Source of the DNA: Schmidtea nova
Taxonomy: Eukaryota
Assembly: GCA_044892505.1 (NCBI GenBank)
Contig: CM097882.1
Span: 530,968,001 to 531,032,000 of the forward strand
DNA: 64,000 nt
Reading direction: 5' to 3'
This document shows positions 28,531 through 40,578 of the stretch, piece after piece (the first letter of the stretch is position 1; each line of letters starts with the position of its first letter). The notes beneath the pieces are model-generated. The model saw only the letters and a program-made list of their open reading frames with translations. It was not told the origin of the DNA and made no database searches. The position numbers were made by a program, and so were the translations under genes.

Positions 28531-29027
28531 TTTGGCATATAGCCATTATAGAGGGGGTGACACCAATATATTTATAGGTGATCCACCAGAACAACAACAA
28601 CTCAATGATGATTCAATCCAACAACAAATAGATGATGTCCCGATCGTAGCGATGGATGAAGACCCTTATGCATTTTATGAGCCTCCGGAACATGATTATT
28701 TTAGATGATGGCAAAATAGAGATAATCAAAAAAAAAACAAAAAAGAAAATCAAAATAAATTGAGAATGAACAATTGGCCCTCTTCAAGGCCACAATTCAC
28801 GATTGTATAAAAATTTGCACAATCAATTAAACTAATATTGTGATGTTTACTTTTTAAAGATTTAGATGATGAAAAAAGAAAACAGAATCAAAACGATATT
28901 GAAAAAACAGAAAGGAAAAAAGATTTGTGAAAGTAAAAATATGGGCCTCTTTAGGGCCACAATTACTGATTGTATAAAAATTGCGAAATCAATTAAAAAT
29001 ATTACAATTTTATTATAATTATTATAA

Positions 29028-29235
29028 NNNNNNNNNNNNNNNNNNNNNNNNNNNNNNNNNNNNNNNNNNNNNNNNNNNNNNNNNNNNNNNNNNNNNNNNN
29101 NNNNNNNNNNNNNNNNNNNNNNNNNNNNNNNNNNNNNNNNNNNNNNNNNNNNNNNNNNNNNNNNNNNNNNNNNNNNNNNNNNNNNNNNNNNNNNNNNNNN
29201 NNNNNNNNNNNNNNNNNNNNNNNNNNNNNNNNNNN
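29028..29235. other. Assembly gap (N run); second gap at ~30774-31126
   Basis: Runs of n. Confidence 0.99.
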
Positions 29236-29249
29236 TTGTGTGTTAAATA

Positions 29250-29680
29250 TCTTTATTAATTTGCCTTGGCTTCTTTGTTAAGTTGCATTGACATTGCAAT
29301 GTCTTTGTTAACTTGCATTGGCATTTCAATGTCTTTGTTAAGTTGCATCTGCATTGCAATGTCCTTGTTTAAATTGGGGTATGAAATTTTATAAAATAGT
29401 GATAGAAAAATTTTTCAAACTCACACTCCATCTGTCACGCACCATCTCTCACACACCATCTCTCATACTCATCTGTCAATTACCTTTTGTTTGATATACA
29501 TACTATATAGTTTTAAAAATTTGAACCTTGGGGCCTTTATATGACCTTCAAGAGTATGACCTTCGAACTCATTTTTCAATTACCTTTTGTTTGAAATACA
29601 TATTATAATGTTTTAAAAATTTGAACCTTGGACCTTTCAAGGGTATGACCATCATAGTCACCTTTGAATTACCTTTACTT

Positions 29681-29752
<72 letters not shown>

Positions 29753-30084
29753 CATATACTATATAATTTCAAAGATTTGAGACCCCTTGAAGTTTTTTAA
29801 ATGTTTGAAGATTCAGAACCCATCATTAACCTTTGAAAGTATGACCATGATACTTACATCTCAAATACCTTTCGTTTGATATTTATATTATGAGGTTTTA
29901 AAATTTTTGAACCTTGGACCCTTCAAGGGTATGACCTTCAAACTCAGCATCAAAAGTCCTTTTGAATGATGTATAACTTGTAAAGTTTGAAAACATTTAA
30001 GTTGGACACCCCTTGAAAGTTATTGACCCATCATAGACCTTCGAAGGTATGTCCATCATGCACAATTCACAAAAACCTTTCGAA

Positions 30085-30168
<84 letters not shown>

Positions 30169-30545
30169 TAAAAAATAAGGTTTGAAAGAATTTGAAAGGT
30201 TTTAGACCCTTTGAAGGTTCAGGGCCCTCCATAAACCTTCGAGAGTAAGACCATTGTATAGACCTCTCCAAAACCTTTCGAATGATACCCTTGTTTGAAT
30301 GTTTGACCTTATTTGACCTTTGGAAATTAATATTTAAAATTTGAATTTGAAATGAGTCATCGATGACGTCATAAAATTCAAATATAAAATGAATAATCGA
30401 TGATGTCATCGAAGACTCACTGCGATGAGTCATAAAGAAACATTTTCTACTCCGGGGGTGAGTCTAAATGTCTCTGTGTGAGTCATCCATGAGTCATCAT
30501 GTCTTTGTTCCCGGCTCCACACTTCTACCTACTTACCTAATCAAT
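29250..30545. repeat. Degenerate subterminal repeat region, probably a Maverick terminal inverted repeat
   Basis: Recurrent TACCTTT.GTTTGA / TTGAACCTTGGACC / TATGACC units downstream of pPolB, ending in a decayed (ACT)n-like CTTCTACCTACTTACCT, which resembles Maverick ...ACTACT termini. The partner TIR is not seen. Confidence 0.45.
30353..30496. promoter_or_regulatory. Dense bZIP-site cluster: four TGAGTCA (AP-1) and one TGACGTCA (CRE)
   Basis: TGAGTCA at 30353, 30426, 30479 and 30490; TGACGTCA at 30364; near-matches at 30401 and 30459. Confidence 0.6.
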
Positions 30546-32596
30546 TTATTTCAATATTATATCATAAATATATATAAATTTTAAAATCTTATGTAATTTT
30601 TGTATTTTTACTTAAAATTTATTTAATCAAATTTTATAATTATACAATTTTTGAAAATTTTTTTTTAAAATACGTAATTTTTATATTAAAATTATGTCAT
30701 TTTCAAAATAAATGTATAGAGTGGGTCACCAAAAATGGGGAAGGTCTCTGGGATATTTGGCTTAATCTAGATANNNNNNNNNNNNNNNNNNNNNNNNNNN
30801 NNNNNNNNNNNNNNNNNNNNNNNNNNNNNNNNNNNNNNNNNNNNNNNNNNNNNNNNNNNNNNNNNNNNNNNNNNNNNNNNNNNNNNNNNNNNNNNNNNNN
30901 NNNNNNNNNNNNNNNNNNNNNNNNNNNNNNNNNNNNNNNNNNNNNNNNNNNNNNNNNNNNNNNNNNNNNNNNNNNNNNNNNNNNNNNNNNNNNNNNNNNN
31001 NNNNNNNNNNNNNNNNNNNNNNNNNNNNNNNNNNNNNNNNNNNNNNNNNNNNNNNNNNNNNNNNNNNNNNNNNNNNNNNNNNNNNNNNNNNNNNNNNNNN
31101 NNNNNNNNNNNNNNNNNNNNNNNNNNTTGGTATAATTATTTTTATTATTTTATTATTTATTGATTATTTCTATTAATTTGTATAAAGACAAGAGAGAACA
31201 AAATAAAAAAATGTTCTGGTAATATTGCCTGTCTTATAAAGCGGTTATTAAATTCCTTCGACTAAGGGACACGCTGGGTAAGTGATCTCGTCCACAATGA
31301 TCGTCCACGCTGTCCCAAACGTTGGGGTTAATAGGGTCAATAGTTTGCTATCTATAGCGATCATGTATCGATTAGTCAGGGGTAGGGAGCTACCAAAGCA
31401 TCATCCACAACGAAATTATTTATACACCATGAAAGTATAGTCAAGGGAAAAATTGACTGCGTTGACCTTAAATTAAAATTCTTAAAAATGTTATCAATGT
31501 GAGGTGTTTTCGACAGAGTTAAATATTTCGGATAATTTGTCGGAATAATTAAAAAAAGAGTTTGAAACTATTGTGTACATTAAAATTAAAAATAAGTTTC
31601 TATTATAAAGCAATTAAAAGAATAATTAATCTTTTTAAATTTTAAATATTAAATCCGTTAGATAAATATTTTAAACTTAGTTAAATAATGGTAATTAAAA
31701 ATAAGTTTTTAAATTTTAAAATATAATTAAAAAAAATAATTCGATTTGTATTTTTGATATTGAATTCTTCTCACAAATTGTTTTGAGATTGTTTGATTCA
31801 ATACCGAAAAGTTTGTTTAAATATTAAACATTGTGGTATTAATAAATTTTGTTATATGAATTCAGTTAATGAAAATGTTATTTTTAAACAACTTAAAAGA
31901 TGTTCTCGTAACATCTAACAATCAAATTTTGACTTAAAAATACAATTTTTGAATTTGAAAAAAAGTTTTACCTTAAAATCAAATGTTAATTATTACATAA
32001 TAGCTTACACAATAAAATCGATGACGTCCTAAAAGTTCCCACCCCCCTAGATATAAAGTCCTCAAATTTTATTTAAATATGACTTCGCCTATTACGTAAC
32101 TTCATTTATTCCCTAGTCAACATTTCTCTTTATTGACAATGCCTTTTTCGAGAGTTTATTATTTTTTTTTAATAAAATTATTTTTGAATCTATTGTATAA
32201 AAAATAAAAATAAATAAAATCGAAAAATAATTTGTGGTGAAACAATAATAATTATGATATATCTAAACAGTTTCTAAAGAAAATTACATTAATAAAAATA
32301 ATGAACACAAAATGTTTTATCTAATTTTATATATAAGGTATTTTAGACGGGCCGACAAAAGGTCCCAGTCCCGGTTCCAAACAATTGATTATTCTAAATG
32401 CAATACAAATGATTCCACGATTCTGGGAAAATATTAGAAAGAAAGACATAAAAAGATATTGACATTTGTTCCCGAAAAATTAAAATTATCAAATAAACTA
32501 TGTTTACATTGCGCAAGGATCATTAAGATAATAATTAAATGATCTGAAACTAATTACAGACTATTTAACTAAAAATATTTAATTTTAACTCTCAAA

Positions 32597-33565
32597 ATGT
32601 GTAACGAAACAAAAATTTCCAATTGTTCACTACACGGAAGATATAGAGACAAATCCATTCAAATCTACTTTACGTCCACCGTGCTGGTCATTGTGTTCTT
32701 TGGTTTCATTCTCAACTTCCTTTCAGCACTCTTCTTCCAAAGAATTCAACAAAAAGGCAACTTCCTAACGCTGATTTACATGCTCTCCATTATGGAAAGC
32801 GTCTACGGGTTGACATTTTTTATAAATCAACTATTTTTCTATCAAACTAGGCTCCTCCATCGACATGTGTCCACGACTAGTCTTTCATGGATTGGCATCA
32901 ATTTCATCGTCCACGTGATCCGGAACATTTCTAGAATATTCTTAGCCTGCCGAAACTGGACAATCGGTTACATTGCTTGGATCCGATACCGAGTGATTTG
33001 TGATCCATTGAAATCTCAAACAATAAACAGAAAGGTTATTGTCAAACATTTAGTCGTACTCATTGCAGCGAGCTGCCTTCTGAACATTCCGAGAGTTTTC
33101 GAATCACGAATTTCCGTGGGTGAAACGGGCAAAGTGAAATTCCATTTAAACAACCATACCAATTTTGCATGGTATACGGTTTTCTACTTGCCTTTTTATT
33201 TTATCGCAATCAGTCCAATACCGGCAGCAATAATAGCATTCTGTAGCATTTCCATTATTTGTCTTTTACAGTTTCGAAGAAGACAATTTTCCCATGAGCA
33301 AAATAACAATAAATTTTCAACGAAAACCATTTTGATTTTATGCGGGATCTTTGTGGTTTGCGAACTGCCAAAAAGCTCCACGGTTGTAGTAATGTTCATT
33401 GATCAATATGCTGACATAATCGGCAATAAGAACCAATTAAATCATTTTTCCGACATCGCAAGTTTGCTTTCGTCATTGGATTCGGTATTGAACTTTCTCG
33501 TTTACGTATACTCGGGGATGAAAAATAGACTGTTCGAAAATTTTTCTTTTTGCCATTTTATGTAG
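32597..33565 (+). CDS. Intronless rhodopsin-family (class A) GPCR, peptide/FMRFamide-receptor-like, 322 aa
   Basis: Seven hydrophobic segments; G..LN in TM1, CRNW...IRY.VICDP at the DRY position, NIPR.FE in TM4, FVVCELP in TM6 and DSVLNFLVY at the NPxxY position. Confidence 0.85.
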   Translation: MCNETKISNCSLHGRYRDKSIQIYFTSTVLVIVFFGFILNFLSALFFQRIQQKGNFLTLIYMLSIMESVYGLTFFINQLFFYQTRLLHRHVSTTSLSWIGINFIVHVIRNISRIFLACRNWTIGYIAWIRYRVICDPLKSQTINRKVIVKHLVVLIAASCLLNIPRVFESRISVGETGKVKFHLNNHTNFAWYTVFYLPFYFIAISPIPAAIIAFCSISIICLLQFRRRQFSHEQNNNKFSTKTILILCGIFVVCELPKSSTVVVMFIDQYADIIGNKNQLNHFSDIASLLSSLDSVLNFLVYVYSGMKNRLFENFSFCHFM

Positions 33566-33703
33566 TTGGTTTGATGGGGTTGTCATTAACTTTGTTAAAT
33601 TATCTTTTATTTATTAAAATCTTAAAGAGATATCGTGTACCTAATTAAAAAATTGTTTTGATTTTCAAGAAAGAGCATAAATTTTGGGCGAGATAGACAA
33701 CAA

Positions 33704-33943
33704 TTAATCCTTTCCTATCTTCTTTATTTTATGTGTCCCGCCCGTTCCAATCCTAATAAAATTACATCCTTCCAAATTATTTACTTAGGTTTATATAAAT
33801 AGTTTTATTATTTGGTCATAATATAATCGACAGTGCATTGGAAATAAACTATTCAAAAATAATGTCATTTTTTTACAGACAGAGGATAGAATGGTTAATT
33901 TTTTTTGTCATATTTATATAGACACAAGATAGGAAAGGGTTAA
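33704..33943. mobile_element. piggyBac-type MITE
   Basis: TTAA-TCCTTTCCTATCTT ... AAGATAGGAAAGGG-TTAA: inverted termini flanked by TTAA. Confidence 0.7.
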
Positions 33944-34279
33944 GGTTATTTATAATAACAATTTAAATTATATATAGAAAAAATCCATACCTACTGCTGA
34001 TAAGGACAAAATTTAAATGGACGGTCATAAATTATGTGCCTATATATTATACAATGTATTTCGTTCAATAGGTTCACTTATAATGCACTTGAGTGTGACG
34101 CATCCAAGGTTTTGCATTAGCCATGTTTTGCATTAGTCATTTTAAAATGGCTTTCAGGAAATTATTTTTAGAATAGATTTTAGGGCTTTTATTTTGACCT
34201 CATAATGATATGAGATGACTATGAAAGCTTTAAAAGATTATCTTTGCTCTACAATTTTATTTTTAATCATATTGTAGGA

Positions 34280-36840
34280 CAGGGCCTGTTTTAAGAAATT
34301 TTCACTGGGAGACAATAATTCGATTAATATAAAAATTTTTTATGACCCCTTCAGCTATACGCAAAAGTTGATTTTCCAGCGAAGTCAAATTACAATGAAG
34401 CATTACATAACTGAATTTTAATACAATATTCATACAACCAACGAAATAGGAGGAGGCAAGATAAACTCAGCTAAATCAGCAGTTATTATCAGAAGAAAAA
34501 CTTTTTTCACAAACTCTTGCGAACGGTATACTTCAGTTTCTGGCAGTTTCATGCGTCTATCTTTTAACTTTAAAAATACAGCAATAGAAGGACGTGGATC
34601 AAAATAAGCTGCTCCGGGCAAATTGAGTGCAATTTACAAACGATCATTAATTGTATCACGAGTGAGGGAAGAGCGAAGGTCGCTTTTTATTTCTGTATGA
34701 CATGAGATTACTCTTTCTGTCTGCATGCTGTGATGTGATGTAATTAAAAATGCTTGCATCAATTTGCAGATGACGGCGGTGCCTTCTTTAGAATGTCATA
34801 GAGCTTAAGCCTGAGTGACAACCTGTGTTAGCATTTTCACCATCAGTTGTCAGACCAACAAGATGCAGCCGAGCCACTTCCAGTAAGCCACATTTCTCAA
34901 GTCTATTTTTGATGGCACAAAAAAGTCCTTCAGAGCCTATCACGTGGCTATGACATTCTCCAAGAAAACACACTTTCATTTCAAATGAAGATTGTCAACA
35001 TTATATTTATCAACTGACTTATCGGCTTGAAAAGCAAAGCAGTCTGCAACTTTTAAAGCGTTAACAGTGGCCTGCGTTATCTCATTAGACACTATGCTGA
35101 GCATTTGGTGATACATCTTTGGGTTGCAATATAGTAAGCTGGTATCTGTTAGTGTAAATGGTATAAAATCTGCAGTAAGGCCGTGCTCTGAAAATTGCTT
35201 ACAAATATTTTCTGCATGCATATGAGCTAGGGAACGAGAGGGCCATGACCATGCTGAAAGAGTCTTTGTAACTGAATCATTATGGACATCTACGGCTAAA
35301 TAAATCAGCATATTTACTACGCCATAATCATGTGCTTTCATGACTTTTACCCATGGGTGTTTATCTGATTGAGATTCTCACAATTTCTTGGCTTGATCAG
35401 CCTTGACAGCAGCGTCATGAACATCTCCTTTCAGATGGTCTATTATTCTCTGTAATTCTTGCTTTCCATAACACCTTACACCATCAGCAATGGGTACTTG
35501 GCCATTACGAGCCACTTTTTCAGCTTCGCTAATGTTGTCAAAGCAAAGCAAGCAATTTAATCCATTTCTTCGTCCAAGCATTACAGATTGCATTTCCGGA
35601 TAGTAATTCTTTAACCAGCCAGCATCCAGCTTACAACCTTTGTACCACAGGCTGGATCGATTCTCTGCTTCATTCTCTGAACAAGAAGCGAGTACAGTGT
35701 GACAAGTGTGATTCTTTTGATCTTTACGGATTGACGGGGTTGATGCAGTAATATTTGAAGGAACCACATGTGTAGAATTTGCTGTGGTAGATGAAGGTGT
35801 AGGACGATTTGAATGAAAATAGTTCAACAATGTCTTGGTTTTTTTGGTAACTGACTCGTTCCGTTCTTCCATTGCTTCAATCTACAAAAATAAACATTAC
35901 TCTTTCCAACAAGGTAATAGAACACTTTAATCAATGTTTGCACACCTTAACTGGTAGTTGATTATTGAAATATAACTGCAGCCACACTGTATATGACTAT
36001 ATGCTCAAAAGGAAAGTGTGTAACTCAGTAACTGTGTAGAGTCTATATATTGTATGCAGCTTCAATGTTTTTGAAATATCATTAGCTGTAGATAACTGTA
36101 ATTAACATTCTTAGTGGGTTAAAGTGTGGCGTGTGCACGTGTGTGCCTGTGTGCTGTGTGCTAACCAGTATGACCTGAAGAAGAAAAGGTCTTTATTATG
36201 TCTATGGAGGGTGGGGGTGTAGCACTGTAGTACTATATATAGATTATTTAGTAAAGCGCTAATCATAGAGCTGCTCTGTCCCTCTGTGTGTGTGTGCATG
36301 TTGCCAAAGTAGAAGGAGAATACAACAGATAGGGCAGAGAAGAGGGTAGGCAGTAGATGGAAGGCAGGAAGCTTCTCTCAACAGTCTCAAGTCCTCGTAG
36401 AGTCTGCTGAATTGCTGATGGTATATTGTACAATCCTTGCACATGTACAAAGTAGTCCAAAAGAAAAGACCTTTGCGACTATGAGGCACTATGAGCATGA
36501 GAGGAGAGCTATAAGCACATATTGTAAGGGAATAACAGAGAAAGGACTTCCCTTCAATCGTTCATTCAATAGAACACAATAAAGTAAAGCAAAAAGCAGT
36601 CTTATATATTTTTTAGGAAAGAAAAAAGGTGGTCGCCCAGTCATCAATATTTTCAATTACTAGGCGACAAAATATTATGACTAGGCAACCAAATGGTCGC
36701 GCAGTCACAATGTTAAAACTCAGCAATGTTGTAGGAAATTATTACTTTTTTAAAGAAAATTTTGGATTTATCTACAATCAAAATAAGTTAAAATCATTTT
36801 TAACAAAAATTTATTTATAAAACACTAATTGTCGAGGCTT
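34280..36840 (-). mobile_element. Internally deleted hAT-superfamily (ZNF862-like) DNA transposon relic
   Basis: Minus-strand fragments AFQADKSVDKYNVDN and LVGLTTDGENANTG (hAT DDE motifs), and C-terminal KDRR. CAGGG start at ~34281 and inverted ACTGGGAGAC / GTCGCCCAGT subterminal motifs. Ends are approximate. Confidence 0.6.
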
Positions 36841-37099
36841 GCTACCACCTCTTCTGATTTTTTATATTTATAAAAAAACATTTTTTAAACATTCTATTTT
36901 TTATATTTATAAATTATTTTTCTTATCGAGCTTTTTGATACACCAAGTGAACTTCGCAAATGAAATTAGTCTTGTTTATTTTCCATTGTATTTATTATTC
37001 TGGCTTTGTTGACGTCTATCCTATTCAAATCTAATAACTTTTTAAATATATATTGTAAGACACAACGTTCTTTCAAATTCTATTTTACCACATTTTCAT

Positions 37100-37965
37100 A
37101 ATATTAAAACAACATTAATTGCAATGCCAATAACTCTTTCCTGGTTAAGCAGTATCCCATTACGTGGGCTGTCAGATTTCTTGAACCGTAAGCGATAACT
37201 ATTTCTGAACCGTCTTCTTTTATTTGACTCAAAACTGCTCAGTATTCAAAATAAATTTCCGATCTATACGAGGGAAATCAAGAATAGGAACTTGTGTTAA
37301 AGCTTCTTTAAGCTGACTAAAACTGTTTTCACAATTTCTGAGCATTTGATTGTTTTATCACAACCTGAAGCTGCTGCATGTAAAGGTACTGCTATTTTAG
37401 CATAATCTTTGACAAATCGTCTATAGTAATTTGTTAAACCCAGAAATTATCGAAGTTGTTTAGCACATTGCGGTTTCGTCGCTTCCAACTTCACAGATGG
37501 TATAACCAAGGAATTTTAATTTTGTTTTGTAAATTTCGCACTTCTCCGGATTTATTCTTAGTCCGGTCTTTTGTATTCTTTTAAAAACTTATCGTAATCG
37601 CTCATCATGTTTAGACTGGTCCTAGCCATATACAAGGATATCGTCTAAATAAACAATTGCTCCATTAAACAATATACCCTCTAACATCGTGTGCATTAAT
37701 CACTGAAACGTTGCTGGAGCCGTTGATAATCCAAATGAAAGTCAATTAAAACAAAATTGACCTTCTTTGGAACTAAAAGCCGTTTTCTTTTGCGCTTCTT
37801 CTGCTAATGTGACCTGATAGTATGCTTGTACAAGATCTAAAGAAGAAAATAATTTAGATCCTGATAGGTTATCGAGTAATTAAGAAATGTTGGGCATAGG
37901 GAAACATTCCTTTTCTGTAATCTTATTCAGCTCTCGATAGTCTACGCACATTCTTATTGAGCCGA
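37100..37965 (-). pseudogene. Ty3/gypsy RT-RNase H fragment, same family as 21107-23253
   Basis: 37819-37965 is near-identical to 21107-21252 and continues VQAYYQV..KTAF..FGLSTAPATFQ..VYLDDIL..FLGL.NYYRRFVKDYA. Confidence 0.8.
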
Positions 37966-38627
37966 GAATAAAGGGCTTAAGTACGAGGAGTGGGTGTTTC
38001 TTAAACCTAAATGTTATAGTCTTTTAGGTGACGAGCAAACTAATAAAGCTAAGTGGCAACATTAGCGGGGCTGAACTCAATGCTGTAATTAAAGAAATGA
38101 ACCTCGCGATTAAGTGGGATCTGTCGTCGATAATCGATAATCGTCCAAAGTTGGCTGGGGTCATTACTGACAGATAGTCATCGAGTAAAAACTCACGGAT
38201 CTTCCGAGATGCTAATTCGTAGGCGTCTACAAATTGTTCATGAACTTCAACTGGCATACAACTTAAAGATAGCCGTGAAGTTTGTCCCGACAGAGAAAAA
38301 CAAGGCCGACGTTTTAACTAGAGTTAAGAAAGCTTGGCTTACATGGGTTAAACAAGTAAGTTGTTCAACTATATCGATATCCGACAGAATAAGGAAGTGC
38401 CACGAGGCGCATCACTTCGGAGTGGATCGAACTCTGTATTTCGTAAAGAAGTTGCTTCCTAAGGTATCTCGTGGAGCGGTACAAGGTGTGATATCAAACT
38501 GTATTAAGTGTCGAACGATAGATCCGGCACCTGTAAAATGGAAACATGGAAATTTGGCGGTGGAGTGTAATTGGACCAGATTGGCGTTAGACGTGACTCA
38601 CTACCGGAATAAGCGTTATTTGACGTG
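37966..38627 (+). pseudogene. Mosaic: pPolB fragment (37966-38064) joined to a second gypsy-type RNase H-integrase fragment (~38058-38627), which is interrupted by the giant element
   Basis: ENKGLKYEEWVFLKPKCYSL (pPolB), then AELNAVIK..NLAIKW, KFVPTEKNKADVLTR, HEAHHFGV..CIKC (HHCC) and RLALDVTHY..YLTC, cut at TGTTGGG. Confidence 0.75.
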
Positions 38628-39189
38628 TGTTGGGATTATGGGTGGGTTTTAAGTAATTCAACTGAATAGTTAATCATAAATTGAACGACTATTGATGAGT
38701 ACGTATACTAGGGATTCCACGCCCATAACCATACATAACATGACTACTACACGTGTATGCCCTTGCCTATTCCCTACTAGTCAAGTTGGTACTGCATACG
38801 GTGGTGGAAAAATGATGGGCAGGTGAGCTTTGTTGCCAAAACTACTCCCCATTTATCTTCCCTCGGGTCCTTGCTGCCGATAGAAGGTCTTACGCATTTA
38901 CATTCTATGGATGTTCGCTTCCCAATGAATTTTATACTATCTATCCTCATGATCTATCACACGCTTTTCCCACTTTGCACTTTCCTTAAATGATCTACAA
39001 GGTGATTAATCAGTCTCTACGTATAAACGGTCGGTTTGAGAAAATTACGGATGAGATTTTCTATTTCGATGATTTAATTGTTGTTAATTTATTTTATTTA
39101 GTAAAATCACCCGATGAGAGACAAAATTTACACAGAAATACTTTTATTAAAATAATAAAAACAGGTTGTTATTTGACATTGATGTTTTT

Positions 39190-39774
39190 CTATGCAAACT
39201 CCAGACTAATCTCCTGAATCAGCTCCGCTTCGGTTAGGGAGTCCAAGTGGTGGATTTGTTCGTCCAGGCGCTTCGCAAATTCTCGGCGACGACGACGCTG
39301 TCGCGATCCCATTCGTTGTTTTCGAAGCTGTTTGGTTAGTACAGGTACTGACGCCATTGTTCTCGATGGATCACTGAGAAAAGCAGGCAAATCGGCCGTT
39401 ACAAAAGAGGGGGCCATTAAGATACCATCTTCCGTCCCGCAAGCGACATCTTGACAAGTACTTTGTGCCCAGCGCTGAGCCGTGATCGGCCGGATTAGCG
39501 CTCGTAATTCGGAGTCGATGTAACTTCTTGTTACTGCGTTTAGGCAATTTCGTAGTTCTCTCTGGACGGCGTCTAGTTCCAATTTAGTGGCGGCCAGTGC
39601 TTCCTGCATTCGCTCGAGTTTTCTCGATTGGTCCTTCATTTGTTCGGGCGAGAACCACTTCGCTCTCAATTCATCATTGGCGACCGTGAGTCGCTTGATC
39701 TGTCGCTGCTGGTCCCTCAACTTCCTCTCTTGGATTTGTCCCATAATTTTCTTAGAATTTTCTGAAGTCGGCAT
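39190..39774 (-). CDS. Unknown 194-aa protein: N-terminal coiled coil, Arg-rich motif (RQRRRRR), acidic/Leu-rich C-terminus
   Basis: Intact ATG ORF with a CAG acceptor 5 nt upstream; more GC-rich than its flanks. Confidence 0.6.
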   Translation of the reverse strand: MPTSENSKKIMGQIQERKLRDQQRQIKRLTVANDELRAKWFSPEQMKDQSRKLERMQEALAATKLELDAVQRELRNCLNAVTRSYIDSELRALIRPITAQRWAQSTCQDVACGTEDGILMAPSFVTADLPAFLSDPSRTMASVPVLTKQLRKQRMGSRQRRRRREFAKRLDEQIHHLDSLTEAELIQEISLEFA

Positions 39775-40101
39775 GTTGTCTGAATATTATAACGATAAAT
39801 TCGCTGTAGGACCCATCAACAATGTTATTTTATTTATTCGACTATTTATTATGGGTAAACGAGATGCATACTAATGGTTTTAATTATTGAGTTCTTTGCC
39901 GAATTATTTAACTATCTAATTATTGAAGGCTCGAAAGATTTAGTGAACTAATTTGATATTAGTAAATGAATTTCCTAGTGACTATACAACTACAACACTG
40001 GATATTAATAACTCTACATTACAACACTATTAACAAAATGAGACACTTCAGATTTCTCTAAAACATTTATTAAATTCAAAAACAGGTGGCCATCGATTCA
40101 A

Positions 40102-40578
40102 CTAGTCATCTTCGGTCATTTTTCCTCGGTACGAAAATATCGATCTGATTTGCAAATTTGTGTGGATTCCTGTGATATTGGACGAGGCTTGCTGGAAACG
40201 GATTCTCTCAGCTTCTCGAAGGGGTCGTATTGCTGTATGGAACTTGAACCCCAATTCCTTGAATGTAGAGGCTGGAATGAACCCCCAGTATATTACACAT
40301 CTCGGGAATCCTCTTTTATCCAACATCAGGACGAACCAGGCGGCGTGCCATGATTCGAATTCCTCGTCTGGAATGATTGGCCAACTAGCGCATCCCCGGT
40401 ACCATACGTGGTGCCGTGGATGGTCCCATACTGTAAATGGACATGCGGTTTCAAGCTCTCGGCGCCATGCCCACATCTTTTGATGGATTTGTTGCAGAAT
40501 TTCGAAAGGAGCCGGCTTCAATGGGCTAATTCGGGCTCGTTCTTGTCGCTTTTTGATGGTGAATCTGTGTTTAGTCAT
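40102..40578 (-). CDS. Unknown 158-aa Trp/aromatic-rich protein
   Basis: Intact ATG ORF with a TAG acceptor 4 nt upstream; GC-rich island; no family recognised. Confidence 0.55.
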   Translation of the reverse strand: MTKHRFTIKKRQERARISPLKPAPFEILQQIHQKMWAWRRELETACPFTVWDHPRHHVWYRGCASWPIIPDEEFESWHAAWFVLMLDKRGFPRCVIYWGFIPASTFKELGFKFHTAIRPLREAERIRFQQASSNITGIHTNLQIRSIFSYRGKMTEDD

